Positions 12,574-26,064 of a stretch of DNA of 64,000 bases are shown here, one piece after another (the stretch's first letter is position 1; every line of letters begins with the position of its first letter). The notes under the pieces are model-generated. The model was not told where the DNA came from, searched no databases, and worked only from the letters and a program-made list of their open reading frames with translations. The stretch spans positions 37,510,001-37,574,000 of the forward strand of contig OX597828.1 in the NCBI GenBank assembly GCA_951406725.2. Direction: 5' to 3'. Made by a program: the position numbers and the translations under genes. The stretch comes from Octopus vulgaris. Lineage: Eukaryota.

Positions 12574-13388
12574 ATATATATAAAGAGGGAAAGAGGGGGA
12601 CGGAGAGATCGATAAATAGATAGATGAATAAAGAGGGATTGTGTGTGCGTATGTGATAGAGAGAGCGTGAGTGCTGGAGAGAGATGAAGAAAGAAGGAAG
12701 TGAACGTCTGTGTGATAAAGGATGTTGCGTGTATGTGAGCAGCTTTGTGCTTGTCAATCAATTGGTCTTTCTCTGGATGCAGTTAAGTGAGTTTGCGTTT
12801 GTTACAGCCGTTACTCTCTCTCTCTCTCACTCACACACGTACACGCACACACACACACGCACACACACACGTACATACACACAAACACGCACACAGACCT
12901 CCTTGAAGAATCGTGCGAGAAAGCCCTCGTAAACATCCTCCAATCGGTTATACCAATCTTGTCTACCTCAAAAGCAAAAAACAAAAACAATTACACCAGC
13001 AGGAATCATGTACAGCAAGCATCCATTCGCCTCACTTCATCCGCTCTTTACGTGACAGTACGCAACCCTAACCCTCGCTATTGGAGGTGTGCAAGCATTA
13101 CTCCATTGCGAATTAGAATTAAGCTTTGTAGAAGGTAGTTGTTATTGAGACGTTAAATACTTTCCGTGTCCGAAGAGAAGTTCTAAATCTCTGATGCAAC
13201 CTTAGCTATGTTATTGATGTACTTTTACGCAGATATGTCCTCAGTGATCGTAACGTCTATCATTTGGAAGGAAGAACGTAAGATATTTACTTTCGTGCTT
13301 TCCATGTACAAGAAGAGTGATGAGTGTTGATAACGTCTTGTTATGTCATGTGACGTATTTTTCACTTTAATTTTGCTTTTAATGAAAA

Positions 13389-13787
13389 CTAGCAGTATCG
13401 CCCGGCGTTGCTCGGGTTTGTAAGGGAAATAACTATATAAGCATTTTTAGAGAGTTATAGCCAAAAAATAGCAAAAAAATGCATTAAAATGGGAAAAAAA
13501 TGATGGTAAATTTTTTTTTAAATCGTTGACTCATCGTAGACATTTTTAGAGAGTTACTTCCCTTATATAATAGCGAAAAAAATGCATGGAAAAAATGGAA
13601 AAAATGATGGTAAATTTTTTTTAAATCGTAGACTCATCGTAGACGCGCGCTAATACCCAGAAGGGCTCGATATGAATCACGACTATAAGATACCCGGTTT
13701 TGGTTAAACTGCACCGCACAATGTGGGAGTAGTTAGGAATCTAAATCGTTGAAGACAGACACACAACTTCACTTTTATATATAAAGA
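13389..13787 (-). mobile_element. Non-autonomous Helitron-like element
   Basis: The minus strand starts TC (tctttatatataaaa) and ends in a GC hairpin (ccgagcaacgccggg) followed by CTAG. It sits between A and T with no TSD, has an internal ~115-bp tandem duplication, and has a second copy at 16086-16722. Confidence 0.8.
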
Positions 13788-13859
13788 TATGATTGCCAAG
13801 TTCTATAGAAGGATACTTTCATGGGCTTTATTCATTATGTCAGTGTAGATTTTTGTGTT

Positions 13860-14335
13860 GTGTCTAAACTGTGTGTGGATGACTTGCGTGCACAAATGGT
13901 GATTGAAGGATATTATCACATGTGTAAGACTGGGTCTTATTGATACATGTTATTAATGCATAGCAGAATGTTGGATATAGAACCGTACCCAGGGGTACCC
14001 TAGAGTTGATACAGTGTAGATCAGTGAGCGCTCCGTCGGTACATGACCTGATAACACGATATAATAAGGTCCCGGTCCTTGAGTTAAGAGACAGACGGAT
14101 GCCCATAGGACTGTAGCTTTGACAGGAGAATCCAGTGCCAGATACGGTCGATAACTTTACAGAATTGGGGGCCAAAACATTGTATTCATCAAATTTATCT
14201 AATGTGACCCCGCTTGTGAATGACAGAGTGTTGCAGCAAGTCTCTCATAAAACCAAGTTATATGGAAACTTTACTTGTGATCGTTAAGGAGAATAAGATC
14301 GAATTGGAGCAGACAGAAAGAGCGAGCAAGAGAGT

Positions 14336-14377
<42 letters not shown>

Positions 14378-14760
14378 ATTTTGGAGAATGCTATTTTCAA
14401 TGGCTGTTCTCCTTGCTTCTGGAATTGAGGAAGTATTTACGATAGAATGATATTTGGCAGAGTTCTTCTTGGGAATGCGGTACAATGTAGCGTAATCATG
14501 TAATCATGATCGTAAACTTCAGAAAACATTCTTGATGTTGATGTCCGTATATCGTAGCCATTAATGTATTTCGTATCCTGACAAATAGCAAAGAGCTGAT
14601 GAAATAACAAGCCGATGTAATTTTAGGGTGAGAGATTGGACATAAAAATGTGAGCACATATCCGTTTCTCTGGATACCAGGAAATGAGATTATGTGCTGT
14701 GCAGAAGCCGGGGTCACGTTGTTACCGCTATGAAGCCATGTGCGTAGAGTTCAATGGATC
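13860..14760 (-). mobile_element. Decayed non-LTR reverse transcriptase remnant (Jockey/CR1-like)
   Basis: Degenerate RT motifs PKK..KYHSIVNTSS, KVIDRIWH..LLSKLQSYG and DGALTDLHCINSRVPLGTVL (GVPQGSVL motif); interrupted by (GA)n. Confidence 0.7.
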
Positions 14761-14851
14761 AAGTGGAAGACGCGTGATGTAAGGAGCAAAAATAGAGTAA
14801 GGGAAAAGGAAGGATGATGATGATGAAGATGATGATGATGATGATGATGAA

Positions 14852-14898
<47 letters not shown>

Positions 14899-14916
14899 GG
14901 ATGATGATGATGATGA

Positions 14917-15134
14917 GGCGGCAAGTTGGCAGAATCGTTAGCTCGCCGGGCGAAATGCTTAGCGGTATTTCGTCTGCCGCTACGTTCTGAGTTCAAATTC
15001 CGCAGAGGTCGACTTTGCCTTTCATCCTTTCGGGGTCGATAAATTAAGTACCAGTTACGCTGTAATCGACTTAATCCGTTTGTCTGTCCTTGTTTGTCCT
15101 CTCTGTGTTTAGCCCCTTGTGGGTAGTAAAGAAA

Positions 15135-15135
<1 letters not shown>
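14917..15135 (+). mobile_element. tRNA-derived SINE, family A, inserted in (GAT)n
   Basis: A-box-like tggcagaatcgtt, B-box gagttcaaattcc, conserved body gcctttcatcctttcggggtcgataaa..agtaccag and A-rich end; many copies in the window. Confidence 0.9.
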
Positions 15136-15181
<46 letters not shown>

Positions 15182-16085
15182 ACGTGATAAGCAATTATTC
15201 TACTGACCTAGATTGTTAGATACTACTGGAGCCGGAAAGATATGCTTAGATGATTGCAGGTTAAGCATCTTAGCATGCAATCAAGAGAACACTTGACTTA
15301 GAGCCACACACAGGATGTTAGTTGTCAAGAGAAAAAAAGAAAGAACAAGAGAACGGTGCATAGATACATAACTATTTTTCTGTCTCTCTTTCTTTCTCCA
15401 AGAGTATATATTTTGATGGATGAGAAGGAAAAAAGAATAAAAAGTAACTAATTCACGTATCGCGGCTACGAAAGTATGAACGTATAAAAATTCCGAAGGA
15501 GAATAATTAGATGAATAAGAACAGGATTAAGCATCAACTAGCCGGAGGAGGAGGTTGATGTTGGTATTGCTAATGATGACATAATGATAAAGGAAAATGG
15601 TAATTTCTGCACGGAGAAGAAATAGGGGCAGCAGTAAGAATTTGTGAAAAAGGAAGAAAGCAATAAACGCAAATGATGTATATATTATGACGATGGACAT
15701 TTAAAGATGCAAAACTAGCCATAAACTATTTTTAAGGATAGGGACACATGGAATGTATGGGATATGAAACATCGATCGGTTAGCTTCAAGTTACATAAGC
15801 TAATGACAAGGTCAGTAGAGGACACACGTTCACGCATAAACACAGAGGCACATAGGACATGTACACAGCGGAACCTAAAATATTGTCCCGAGCTTGTTTG
15901 GAAAGAATTTCTCATCGTCGCATCACAAACTCTGTCCTCTCTCTGCCTTTTCTACTGTTACTCCAGCGGCTTCTGCTTCTCAGAGATGGACAACTCTAGT
16001 CAGCCCCTTGTGACGTTATATTCTTTTCTCAAAATGTTGTTGTTTGGCTCGAAATATAATCTGGCGCATTCGTTCTATTATTGTA

Positions 16086-16722
16086 CTAGCAGTATCGCCC
16101 GGCGTTGCTCGGGTTTGTAAGGGAAATAACTATATAAGCATTTTTAGAGAGTTATAGCCAAAAAATAGCAAAAAATGCATTAAAAATGGAAAAAATATGA
16201 TGGTAAATTTTTTTTTAAATCGTTGACTCATCGTAGACATTTTTAGAGAGTTACTTCCCTTATATAATAGCGAAAAAATGCATTAAAATGGAAAAAAAAC
16301 GATGGTAATTTTTTTTTTAAATCGTAGACTCATGTAGACGCTTTCTTAGCCATTTCTGTTTTGGTGTCTTCAAGCCATTAAGTCGTTGTTCTAAAAGAAC
16401 GCTGGTCTCCTTGACAACGCATTACGACGTTGATTTCCTTACACTCCCTTCTCCACAGGTGCAGGTGTGAGCGTGGACGCCAACTCCGCCGCCATCGACA
16501 CACGAAAAATTATGCATTAAAATGGAATAAAAAATGATGTTAAATTATTTTAAAAATCGTAGACTCATCGTAGACGCGCGCTAATACTCAGACGGGCTCG
16601 ATATGAATCACGACTATAAGCTACCCGAATTTGGTTAAACTGCACCGCAAAATGTGGGAGTAGTTAGGAATCTAAATCGAAGGGGACAGACACTCACACA
16701 ACTACAGTTTTATATATATAGA
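16086..16722 (-). mobile_element. Non-autonomous Helitron-like element, longer variant
   Basis: Same termini as 13389-13787 (TC start, hairpin plus CTAG end), with an extra internal segment at ~16341-16505. Confidence 0.8.
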
Positions 16723-17303
16723 TATACATAGCGCAGTAGTGGTGAGATGTGGCAGCAAAGAAAAGCATACATTCACTCTCTGCATGCAATTAGACTCGGA
16801 AAGTTCATGAGGAACCCATTGACCCAATTTGCTGACTTTTCCGATAGCACACAGGTCTCAATGAATGGTTGAATGACCAAATCCAAGCTTCTCTGCTAGT
16901 TCCATCGAAATGCACTCTTCAAAACTTGCACTATGAATAAGGACAAGATAAAATTACTACCTGCTTTTATAGCAAGTTAATATAAGTAGTTTATCCCATT
17001 CCCCTCTGACTTTTAGTTCAAGCTGTTGAAAAAACCGCATTATTATATATATATACATACATACATACATACATATACACACACACTCTCTCTCTCACAC
17101 ACATGCACACATTTATATTCTGTTATTCTTTTATATGTTTCAGCCTTGAGGTTGTGGCCATGCTGGATCATGTGTGTGTGTCTATCTGTCTGTCTGTCTG
17201 TATGTATATATGTATATGTATGTGTGTGAACAATAATATTTTCAACAGATGTGTTGCAAATGTATCTGATTGTTCTCAGGCTTCAATACTGTGTGTGTGT
17301 GTA

Positions 17304-17334
<31 letters not shown>

Positions 17335-18164
17335 ATGTATGTATGTATATGTATGTATGTATGTATGTGTGTATGTATGTATGTGTGTGTGTATGTATGT
17401 GTGTGTGTATGTGTGTGTGTATGTATGTATGTATGTATGTATGTATGTATGAGTGTATGTTTACTTTATTACTAACACAAGCCACTACGGTTATTTAATG
17501 TAAAGTCTTCCTCAAATCACTCTCTCTCGCTATTTACTCTCTTCCAAGAACATTTTCACTCACTCTTATCTCTTAGCTTCTCATACATTTTACTCATGTA
17601 TCTATCAGCGTCATAGACAGAAACAAATATTACATCGCCATCGTCATCGCATTCTATTGTCTACCTGTCAACACACTGAATTACTTTCACTTTATTCGTT
17701 GCACACTGTGTGTGTGCGTTTGCGTGCGCTGTAAACCAGACTAAGAAAAGCATTTGACATACACACCAGAATGTGAGTTTTCTGTAAATTTTGCTTAATT
17801 GGAGTTTAAATTTTAAAAACTGGACCTGGCATGACCCGATGCATGCTACTCTTAAAAATGCTAGGTAAATTGTAATGGAAGAAATCCTATATTGTAGATT
17901 TCTATAACTGACAAAGGGAGGCAGATAAAATCTGCCTTTTATAATAAGAGATGTAGTGACCCCAAGAGTGCGGAATCGTTGCAAAGAGCGGCTAAGAACG
18001 GAGCGGTTTATTCCATGTGTAAATGTGAAGAGGTACAAAATTTCATCTCGATTATCACACCCAGTAATTAAATTAAAGACAGCAAATTTATCATTGCTTT
18101 CAGACACTGAAAATCATTGTTAACCTACTGCTTAGATAGACTTAATCAGCCAAGTTTCACGCCT

Positions 18165-18420
18165 AACCACAAACTCACACTTAGAATCTATTTGAAGAAC
18201 ACCAGAATAAAAACCACAAACCGATTAGTATACTTCAACCAGCCAATGAAATTTCATTATAAACATTGAAGTTGTAAACTTTAAGACTCAAACAGTTACA
18301 TCGGACACACATGTACAACACATTACCGCCAGTTAACGATGCATTTACGGCAATGAGCCATCATAACTCTTTATAATATAGAATGCGGAATATAATTGGA
18401 TAGAAGGACATTAATGAATA
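18165..18420 (+). pseudogene. Decayed Penelope-like GIY-YIG remnant
   Basis: One frame with stops reads NHKLTLRIYLKN...SYIGHTCTTHYRQLTMHL, resembling the PLE motif YIGxTxTTLxRRLTMH. Confidence 0.65.
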
Positions 18421-18444
18421 TCGAATTTCATACACACACATAAA

Positions 18445-18664
18445 ATAATTTTCAATTTTGGGACAAGGGCAGCACGTTCGATGAGGGGGAAAATTATTTA
18501 CATGGATCCCAGTGCTCGACTGGTACTTCTTTATCGACTCCAAAAGGATGAAATGCTAAGTCAATCTCCGTTGAATTTGAACTCAGAACGTAAAGACGGA
18601 CGGACTGCCGCTAAGCATCTAAGCATTTTGCCCGGTGTGCTAACGGTTCTGCCAGCTCGCCATC
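18445..18664 (-). mobile_element. SINE family A, degenerate
   Basis: Reverse complement of the family A head (gaatttgaactcagaacg..ctgccagctcgcc). Confidence 0.8.
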
Positions 18665-19882
18665 TTAGACGTAACTCTAACCACCAATTTAGTCAGATGG
18701 TGTGACTATGAAGGTCTTGCAACATACCTGAACAAACAGATTTGAAAATGGTGTTGTTACAAACTACACATAAAGGACTAATAAAGAAATATGAAAAATT
18801 GTTAACAAAGCAAATTAGCCAGTTAGAAAATTTCTACAAGAGATGACAGCACTAACTGTACTGAGAAGTAATGACACCACTTAAACATGACGTTATTGCT
18901 ATTTTTAATCTCGGGAGGATGCCTCCTTCACCTCGTTATTACATGCAATCTGCACCCGATACATATGGCAAGCGGTGTGTGGGGGTGAACCCCTACCATC
19001 TTCCAGCCACCAGACCACCAGCCGGCATGGTTTCGACCTATTCGTGGATACTCGTCCGCCAGAGGCAGCAGTAGTTCACTCCATCTCACAACATATAGAA
19101 AACAAGTGATACAGCCACTGAGCTTGCAACAAGCAGATTAGCTTGTTAGAAAATCTCTATGGGAGATGAAAGCAGCAACTATATTAAGAAGTAACACTTA
19201 AACATGGCTCTTCCGCAGTAACCGACATTAGTGCTATTTTTAACCCTAGGAGGACGCTTCCTCCAGCTGGTTATTCGATGAATCTTTAATTTAGCAATAA
19301 CAAAAAAGCACTAACAAAATTGTGTCTCTATTAACATATATTGACGCGCATATTGTATTCAGATTACAACTTTCGCTAACACTATATAATATAAGGCTTA
19401 TGTTGTCATCTTTATATATTATTATCAAGAAATATCAGTTGCTGTCTTTCAGAGTTTTACGTATTCTTTGTCACCAGCTCTTAGAAAATTCGGTGATGTG
19501 TCTTCATTTATTGAGCATGTTTAAGTGGTTTCCCGATACTTAATATGTAAAGCTTCAAGAAAAAAGAAAATTTAAATGTGGTTTCGTGTAAATAAGCCAT
19601 TATAAAGAGGAAGACGCAATCATAGAGAGGAAATTATACTTATTTCGTATATGGGAAGGTAAAAAGAAAGCAACTACTAAGAGGTCATTCTAACTTTATT
19701 CTAATCTGTAAGACGTTCAAAAACATTTTTTTTTTCAAATTTAAAAATATCATGCATCACTAATATTTTGCAGTTTCTTGATATTTTAGGATAACTAACA
19801 AGGTATTTTCATTTGCGAGGACTAGAAGAGGTTAAACTGTGTTTTTAGAGCGTTTTATTGTTTTAATATTGATTTCAAATTA

Positions 19883-20342
19883 AGGCGACGATCTGGTAGA
19901 AACGCCGGGTGAAGCGCTTAGCAGTATTACGTCTGTTTTTACGTTCTCAGTTCAAATTCCGCCGAGGTTGACTTTGCCTTTCATCCTTTCAGGGTCGATT
20001 AAATAAGTACCGGTTACGCACTGGGGTCGATGTAATCGACTTAAACCCTTTATCTGTCCTTATTTGTCCGCTCTATGTTTAGCCCCCTGTGGGCAATAAA
20101 GAAATAAATATTGATTTCAAATTATGGCGGCGAGCTGGCAGTAACTTTAGCACGCCGGGCGAAATTCTCACAGTTATTTCATCTGTCATTATGTTCTGAA
20201 TTCAAATTTCTCAGAAGTCGACTTTACATTTTATCCTTTCGAGGTCAATAAATAAGGTACCAGTTGCGTACTCGGGTCGATCTAATCGACTGCACCCCTT
20301 CCCACAAATTTTGGGCCTTGTGCCTAGAGTAGAAAAGGATAT
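19883..20342 (+). mobile_element. Two head-to-tail family A SINEs (19883-20106 and 20125-20342)
   Basis: Family A motifs occur twice; an exact 18-bp TSD aatattgatttcaaatta lies at 19865-19882 and 20107-20124. Confidence 0.9.
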
Positions 20343-21038
20343 TGTAGGTGAGTTTATCGTTTTTCAATAGTCACACATTTGTTGCTAAACTTTTTTTAAG
20401 CCTTTTTTTTTTCAGCTTTTCTAAATGCCTATCCATGTTATTTATACTTCATCTTGGTTCTCTATCCGGCCTGTCCAATATATTCTATTCTAATGTGTTG
20501 TCATATATTATATTGTGTTCCAATAATTCAATTCTTCCTCTTTTTTTAATGTTGATATCATATTAAGAAGTTTCATAGTGGTGACCGCCCTATGCCGAAT
20601 GAATTTGAGTCGAAAATGTTCTTACGTAGATAAATTGCGATTTACAAAGACGGAAGTCTACTGTGGTACATATAAACGTTCTGTTGTGCTTCCTCAGGCT
20701 CGATTGTATAAGTTGGTGATAATTAATGATCTCTTCGAAACAACACGATATGAAGACATTGTTGCATGCCCTACACTATTAATGCGGCTCCCTCATAAGA
20801 CCTGGATGAAATTCATTGGGGCAGATTTGTGCGAATATTTTCATCAACATATGTTGATAATTCATTCGAAGTGGGATTTTTATATAATGCCAAATCCTTT
20901 GTTATTTTATATTAGAAAATCAATAAGGACTGTGACACACCATAGTCACTTATATTTTATCCTCTCGAGGTCAATAAATAAGGTACCAGTTGCGTACTGG
21001 GGTCGATCTAATCGACTGCACTCCCTCCTGCACCTTTT

Positions 21039-21926
21039 AAGTGCACCAGCTCTTATACATACATCTGAACACATTGCTACATACGCATGCGCTAGAATAG
21101 TGCATGTCGGTATTACTTCATACATGTAACACAAATATTTATAAACACAGAGACGCGATGGTGAAAGATATGATAACACATACTGAATACAAAATGCTGA
21201 AACAACGAAGGAGATTGGCAAACTCAGATCGAAGAGCAAGGTTAAATACTTCAAAGAGAGAGGAACCCGCTAAAACTCACAAAGTCTCATGTGGTGGTGT
21301 TAAACTAGATGACGGTTTTAGCTCCACTAGGCAAGTAGGCCATAGCTTCATTTGATCTCAGTACAAATTAGATGAAACAAATACCTCTAAATATTTGAGC
21401 CATCGTTCTTACAACTCGGCTAATCCACCGCCTAAGATGGATACTATTTTATCAAACCGGGAAAAATAAAGAAGTGAAGCTAATTATCGTGGGATTTGAA
21501 CTCAGGAAGTCACAATAAATACAGCAAAGTAATCTAAATGATGATCTAAATATTCTGACAAATCGTTCCCCAGTTTATGGCTTTGGCTAAATTTAAATAT
21601 TCCTTTTACGAAACAGTATTTTAAAGTCGCAACTAACGGTACTTTCTCTGTTCAAACTATTGAAGAGTTTGGTGAGGTCTTTCCTATATACCTTCCGCTC
21701 TTTGATACTTCAAACCGTTTCTTTTTTTTTATTATAAATTTCGTTGTCGATAACTGTCAAGTGCACCAGCTCTTATACATACATCTGCACACATTGCTAC
21801 ATACGCATGCGCTAGAACAGTGCATGTCGGTATTACTTCATACATGTAACACAAATATTTATAAACACAGAGACGCGATGATGAAAGATATGATAACACA
21901 TACTGAATACAAAATGCTGAAACAAC
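21039..21926. repeat. 168-bp direct repeat (21039-21206 and 21759-21926)
   Basis: Manual alignment shows 3 substitutions and a 720-bp offset. Confidence 0.92.
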
Positions 21927-23603
21927 TAAGAGTTTTCCTTTCATATTTCCTCTCAAGAAATTTACTTCTCTTTGCATTCCGTGTTTATTTATGCTGATTC
22001 GGTTGCGTTCGGTGCTATATTTAAAATGAGAACAAACTTTATACATACATATCGTATCACATGTATACTCACCTGTTTTTCTTTCTTTCTCACTTCCCAT
22101 GTTTCTTTTCGTTACCTTTATAACCCAGGCGATGTCGATCACTTTCTCTTTGCTCTTCGCATAGTTGTAAGCACAGGTCCAACCGAATAAGTTCCCTGTA
22201 AGATATTCGACGAAGATGCTCCTTCCAATTCTGGATTTTGCTGATGAATAGGTTTTCCATACCTGGCAATCTCACTTACCGTAGTAGCTCTCTGTCGAGA
22301 TCAAAGTCTGTTCAAAGGATTTTCATGATTGAACACAGATGCCTCACGATAATTCTGTGTTTGTGCGCGCCCGCGCGCACGGGTTTGTGTATTTATGTGT
22401 GTTAAAATGGTGGTTCCAAGCAGGTTTAAGAATAGCGACGGAACATTTATTGGTGGTATAAATTTATTCGGAGAACAGAATAAGTTTTATTGGGAAGTCT
22501 CAGTCAAAGTGATCTCTACAATCCTTCACAAATATATACAAGCACATACACACACAAACAACACACACACAAACATGTGTTTGTATGCGTGTTTATAATA
22601 TATTGTATAAATGTACAGCAAAATGCTGGTAAGAAGTCTGCCAGAAAACCTCGGTTTCAATTTCCCTGTCCTTAACCCACGCTCTTTCTTACATCTTACA
22701 GTTAATATTAAGAGTTTACATTACCAAATGTTCCCTTCACATTCAATTATTCAGTTTATTCGATTAAACCCGAATGTTGTGACCTTATTTCTGTGTTGGG
22801 AGAATCATTATCATGAACACACTCAATGACGGATTTTGCTGTTGTTATAGATTTTGGTTAGCCGCAGGTCAAACCAACTTCATTTAAGTCTAACCCGGGG
22901 CTATAGAAGAACAAGATCTCTCGTCAAATGTTCGGTAACTCTGATTATTGCATTTTATTTTCAAAAATAGTTTCTCCAGAATAACACAATTCTATGCATC
23001 CTTCCCTTTTTTTATGGCAGTAAGGGTCAAAGTTTTGAGATGTAGCTGCTATATCTATTTGCGTAGTATTTATATTTAAATATTTAAACGAAAATTAATG
23101 ACGTTGAATGTAAGTCCTAAGCACTGGTAATAAAGTACTTGAGCGACGCGACATTTCGATATTGTCGCTGTTGATGCTCAACTCTGAAACAGCTCTCCAC
23201 AAGAAAGACTTTCGACCAAGGGTTTTCTAGCCAATATTATCTAATCGATTGGTTATTTTTCAGAGTTAGTATCCCTAGGAATTTATTTTCTGCCTTCTTT
23301 ATATTTGAAGATAGCAAGTTTTCCAACCATGGTTCCTTGGGTTTACGCAAGAGGTAGCTATAGGTTCTGTGCGAAATACTGATGAAGAAACTAATCGTAT
23401 GCTAACGATGTTTAGAGTCGTTGTTTTCTACGTGTGTAAATTTATATTTGTGTCTTTATGAAACACGCACGATATATTTAAAATAACGGCTTTCGTAGAT
23501 AGTAACGAGACCCCGCGGGAAAATTATAATTGGTCAATAAGGACTCGTAGAGGTGTTTGATCTGAGTAAATTCTTGCATAACATTTTGAACGTAGGAGAA
23601 CAC

Positions 23604-23791
23604 TTTAGCGGGCACAATTCCGTTTGACTATAGCCCCAGAAAACGTAAAACGGGAAGCCACATGGTTTTGAGCTTAAAGCTTGCTAATTGGCAGAAACGT
23701 TGTTCTTTTCAGCTGTAAACACTTTATGATGTTGCCGTCCACTTCTGTGTTTTCCTGTGGGGCATAGTCAAATGAAAATGTTTCCGTTAAA
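23604..23791. mobile_element. Small degenerate MITE-like fold-back element
   Basis: About 40-bp imperfect inverted termini (..tttgactatagcccc.. / ..ggggcatagtcaaa..). Confidence 0.5.
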
Positions 23792-24779
23792 ACATAATTG
23801 CGATCGTACCGAGCTGAGGACGAAATTTCTTATAGCTATTTACGGTGTTTGGTGAATTTCAATTTAGTATCCATAGTACTTTCAAAAACATTTACATGAT
23901 TTCTTTAATCTTTTATGGAATTTTAATTTTTGAAAGAGAAAACAAGAATAATAATGATAGAAGCATACAAGCATACATACATGCATACATACATACATAC
24001 ATACATACATACATACATACATACATACATACATACATAAGTATGTATGTATGTATGCTTGTATGTACATTTGTGTACATTGTATACACACACACGCGTA
24101 TATTTATGTATGCATACATAACCTCACAGTACGTACACACACACACACGCGCGCGCAAACACATACACACACGCGCGTGAACACATACACACACGCGCGC
24201 GCATACGCACATATTATTTTGGAACTTAACTCAATATTTAAAGAATCCCACAAGAGTAATACATTTAGAAAACGGTAATGTACACGTAGAAAACACCGTA
24301 TGGTGATTTGGCTGCTCTTCCGGGTGTGTTCTGTGACGCACGAATTCTATCTCTTAGGGCAACGATATTGTATACTCACCAAGACCACTTAAAAATCAAG
24401 TTACCATCCTCTTTTTATTTCCTTAGACATACTGTATCCTGTATCACATTAAGTAATATTTCGTCCTTGTTTGACCTCTCAAGTGGGACTGATTCAAGTA
24501 AGTCAAATGACTGCGTAGGGACTCCTTCCGCTGGCTGTGATATAGGTGTTGTTACACGAGTTACATCAGATCTTACCTTCTCACCTCCGTTTCGATCAAA
24601 CAGACCAATGATCAATTATGCCCAGCAGCGTCGTGTCAAACATAGAACGAGGGTAGCGACGATTATGACCCACAAGGTTCTCAGTTAGGTCAATGGGTCT
24701 ACGAAAACATATGATTATATAAACTATGTGTTAGATATTAATTAAATCTGCATCAATAACTGTGTGTGTGTATGTGTGT

Positions 24780-24825
<46 letters not shown>

Positions 24826-24927
24826 ACAAATCACACTAGAGAGGTAAGGAAAGGATTTCAACATGTTCGGAGCTCCACCCAGGCAGTTCCTGTAAGCGCA
24901 CTTATTAACACCAAATGGACATATGCA

Positions 24928-24984
<57 letters not shown>

Positions 24985-25094
24985 ATTATATATGTATGTA
25001 TATGTCTATTTATGTATATATGTGTATGCATACATATATACGTATATATATATATAGAGAGAAAAACATACCGCCATGATGGATCGAGAGCCAC

Positions 25095-25262
25095 TAAGCT
25101 TTTCTCTATTTTCTCTCCCTGTTTACATCTGTGTTCCTTTCTGTCGAAGAGCGTAGGCTCGAAACGTAAAAGACTTTCTCAATTCCCAAGCGTTAAACTA
25201 ATACATCTGTTTGTTGTTTACACACCCGCATTCGTCTTTTTTTATGTAAATTCTCGCTATGT
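25095..25262 (+). mobile_element. Family H1 HHR-bearing element (HHR 25137-25172), best-preserved copy
   Basis: cttt-CTGTCGA-A-gagc-gtag-gctc-GAAAC-GTA-aaag with perfect stems I and II. Confidence 0.7.
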
Positions 25263-25311
25263 AAATATATATATATATATATATATAAATATATATATAA
25301 ATGTATGTATG

Positions 25312-25349
<38 letters not shown>

Positions 25350-25384
25350 TATGCATATATATATGTGTATGTATACACACACAT

Positions 25385-25854
25385 TTTTTACTTTTTACAT
25401 TTTTTACATTTGACTGCGGTCATGCTGGAGCATCGCCTCAGACGGTTTTATTAGTCGAAGAAATCGAACCCAGATCTTATTCTTTGTGAACCTAGTATTT
25501 AGTCTATAGGTTATTTTTCGCCGAACCGCTAAGTTACGGGAACATAAACACACGATCACCAGTTGTCAAGCGATTTTGGAGGACAAACACAGATACAAAG
25601 AGACACACACATACATACAAACATACATGGGTACATACATACATACATACACACATACACATATATTTTTCTCTCCTTTTTTTTCTCTCCTTTTTTTCTC
25701 TCCTTATTATTTTGTGTGTATCTTTTTGTCGAAGATCGTAGGCTTGAAACGTAAAAGACTTTTTCTCTTTCTATTCCTGAGCGCTATACTAATACATTTG
25801 TTTGTTTGTACTCCACCTGCCTTCGTCTTTTGTTTATTTTCGTAAACTTTCCCG

Positions 25855-25908
<54 letters not shown>

Positions 25909-26064
25909 ATACGATGGGCTTTTCTCAGTTTCCGCTTACCAAATCCACTCATAAGGCTTTGATTGACCCGAGGCTATAGTAGAAGACACTTTCCGAAGGT
26001 GGCACGCAATGGGATTGAACTCGGAACCATGTGTTTGGGAAGCAAGCTTCTTACCACACAGCCA
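25385..26064 (-). mobile_element. SINE family B (microsatellite-containing) with a nested H1 element at ~25670-25857
   Basis: The family B head (ggctgtgtggtaagaagcttgcttccc..gagttcaatccc) and tail (ctccagcatgaccgcagtcaaatg) flank an H1 copy inserted in the internal microsatellite. Confidence 0.8.

Noticed and set aside
19865-20124. Direct repeats suggestive of CRISPR
   Set aside because: Eukaryotic context; the repeats are SINE target-site duplications, with no array and no cas genes.
23815-23840. CTGAGGA-c-GAAA hammerhead-like string
   Set aside because: No stem II and no convincing stems I or III.
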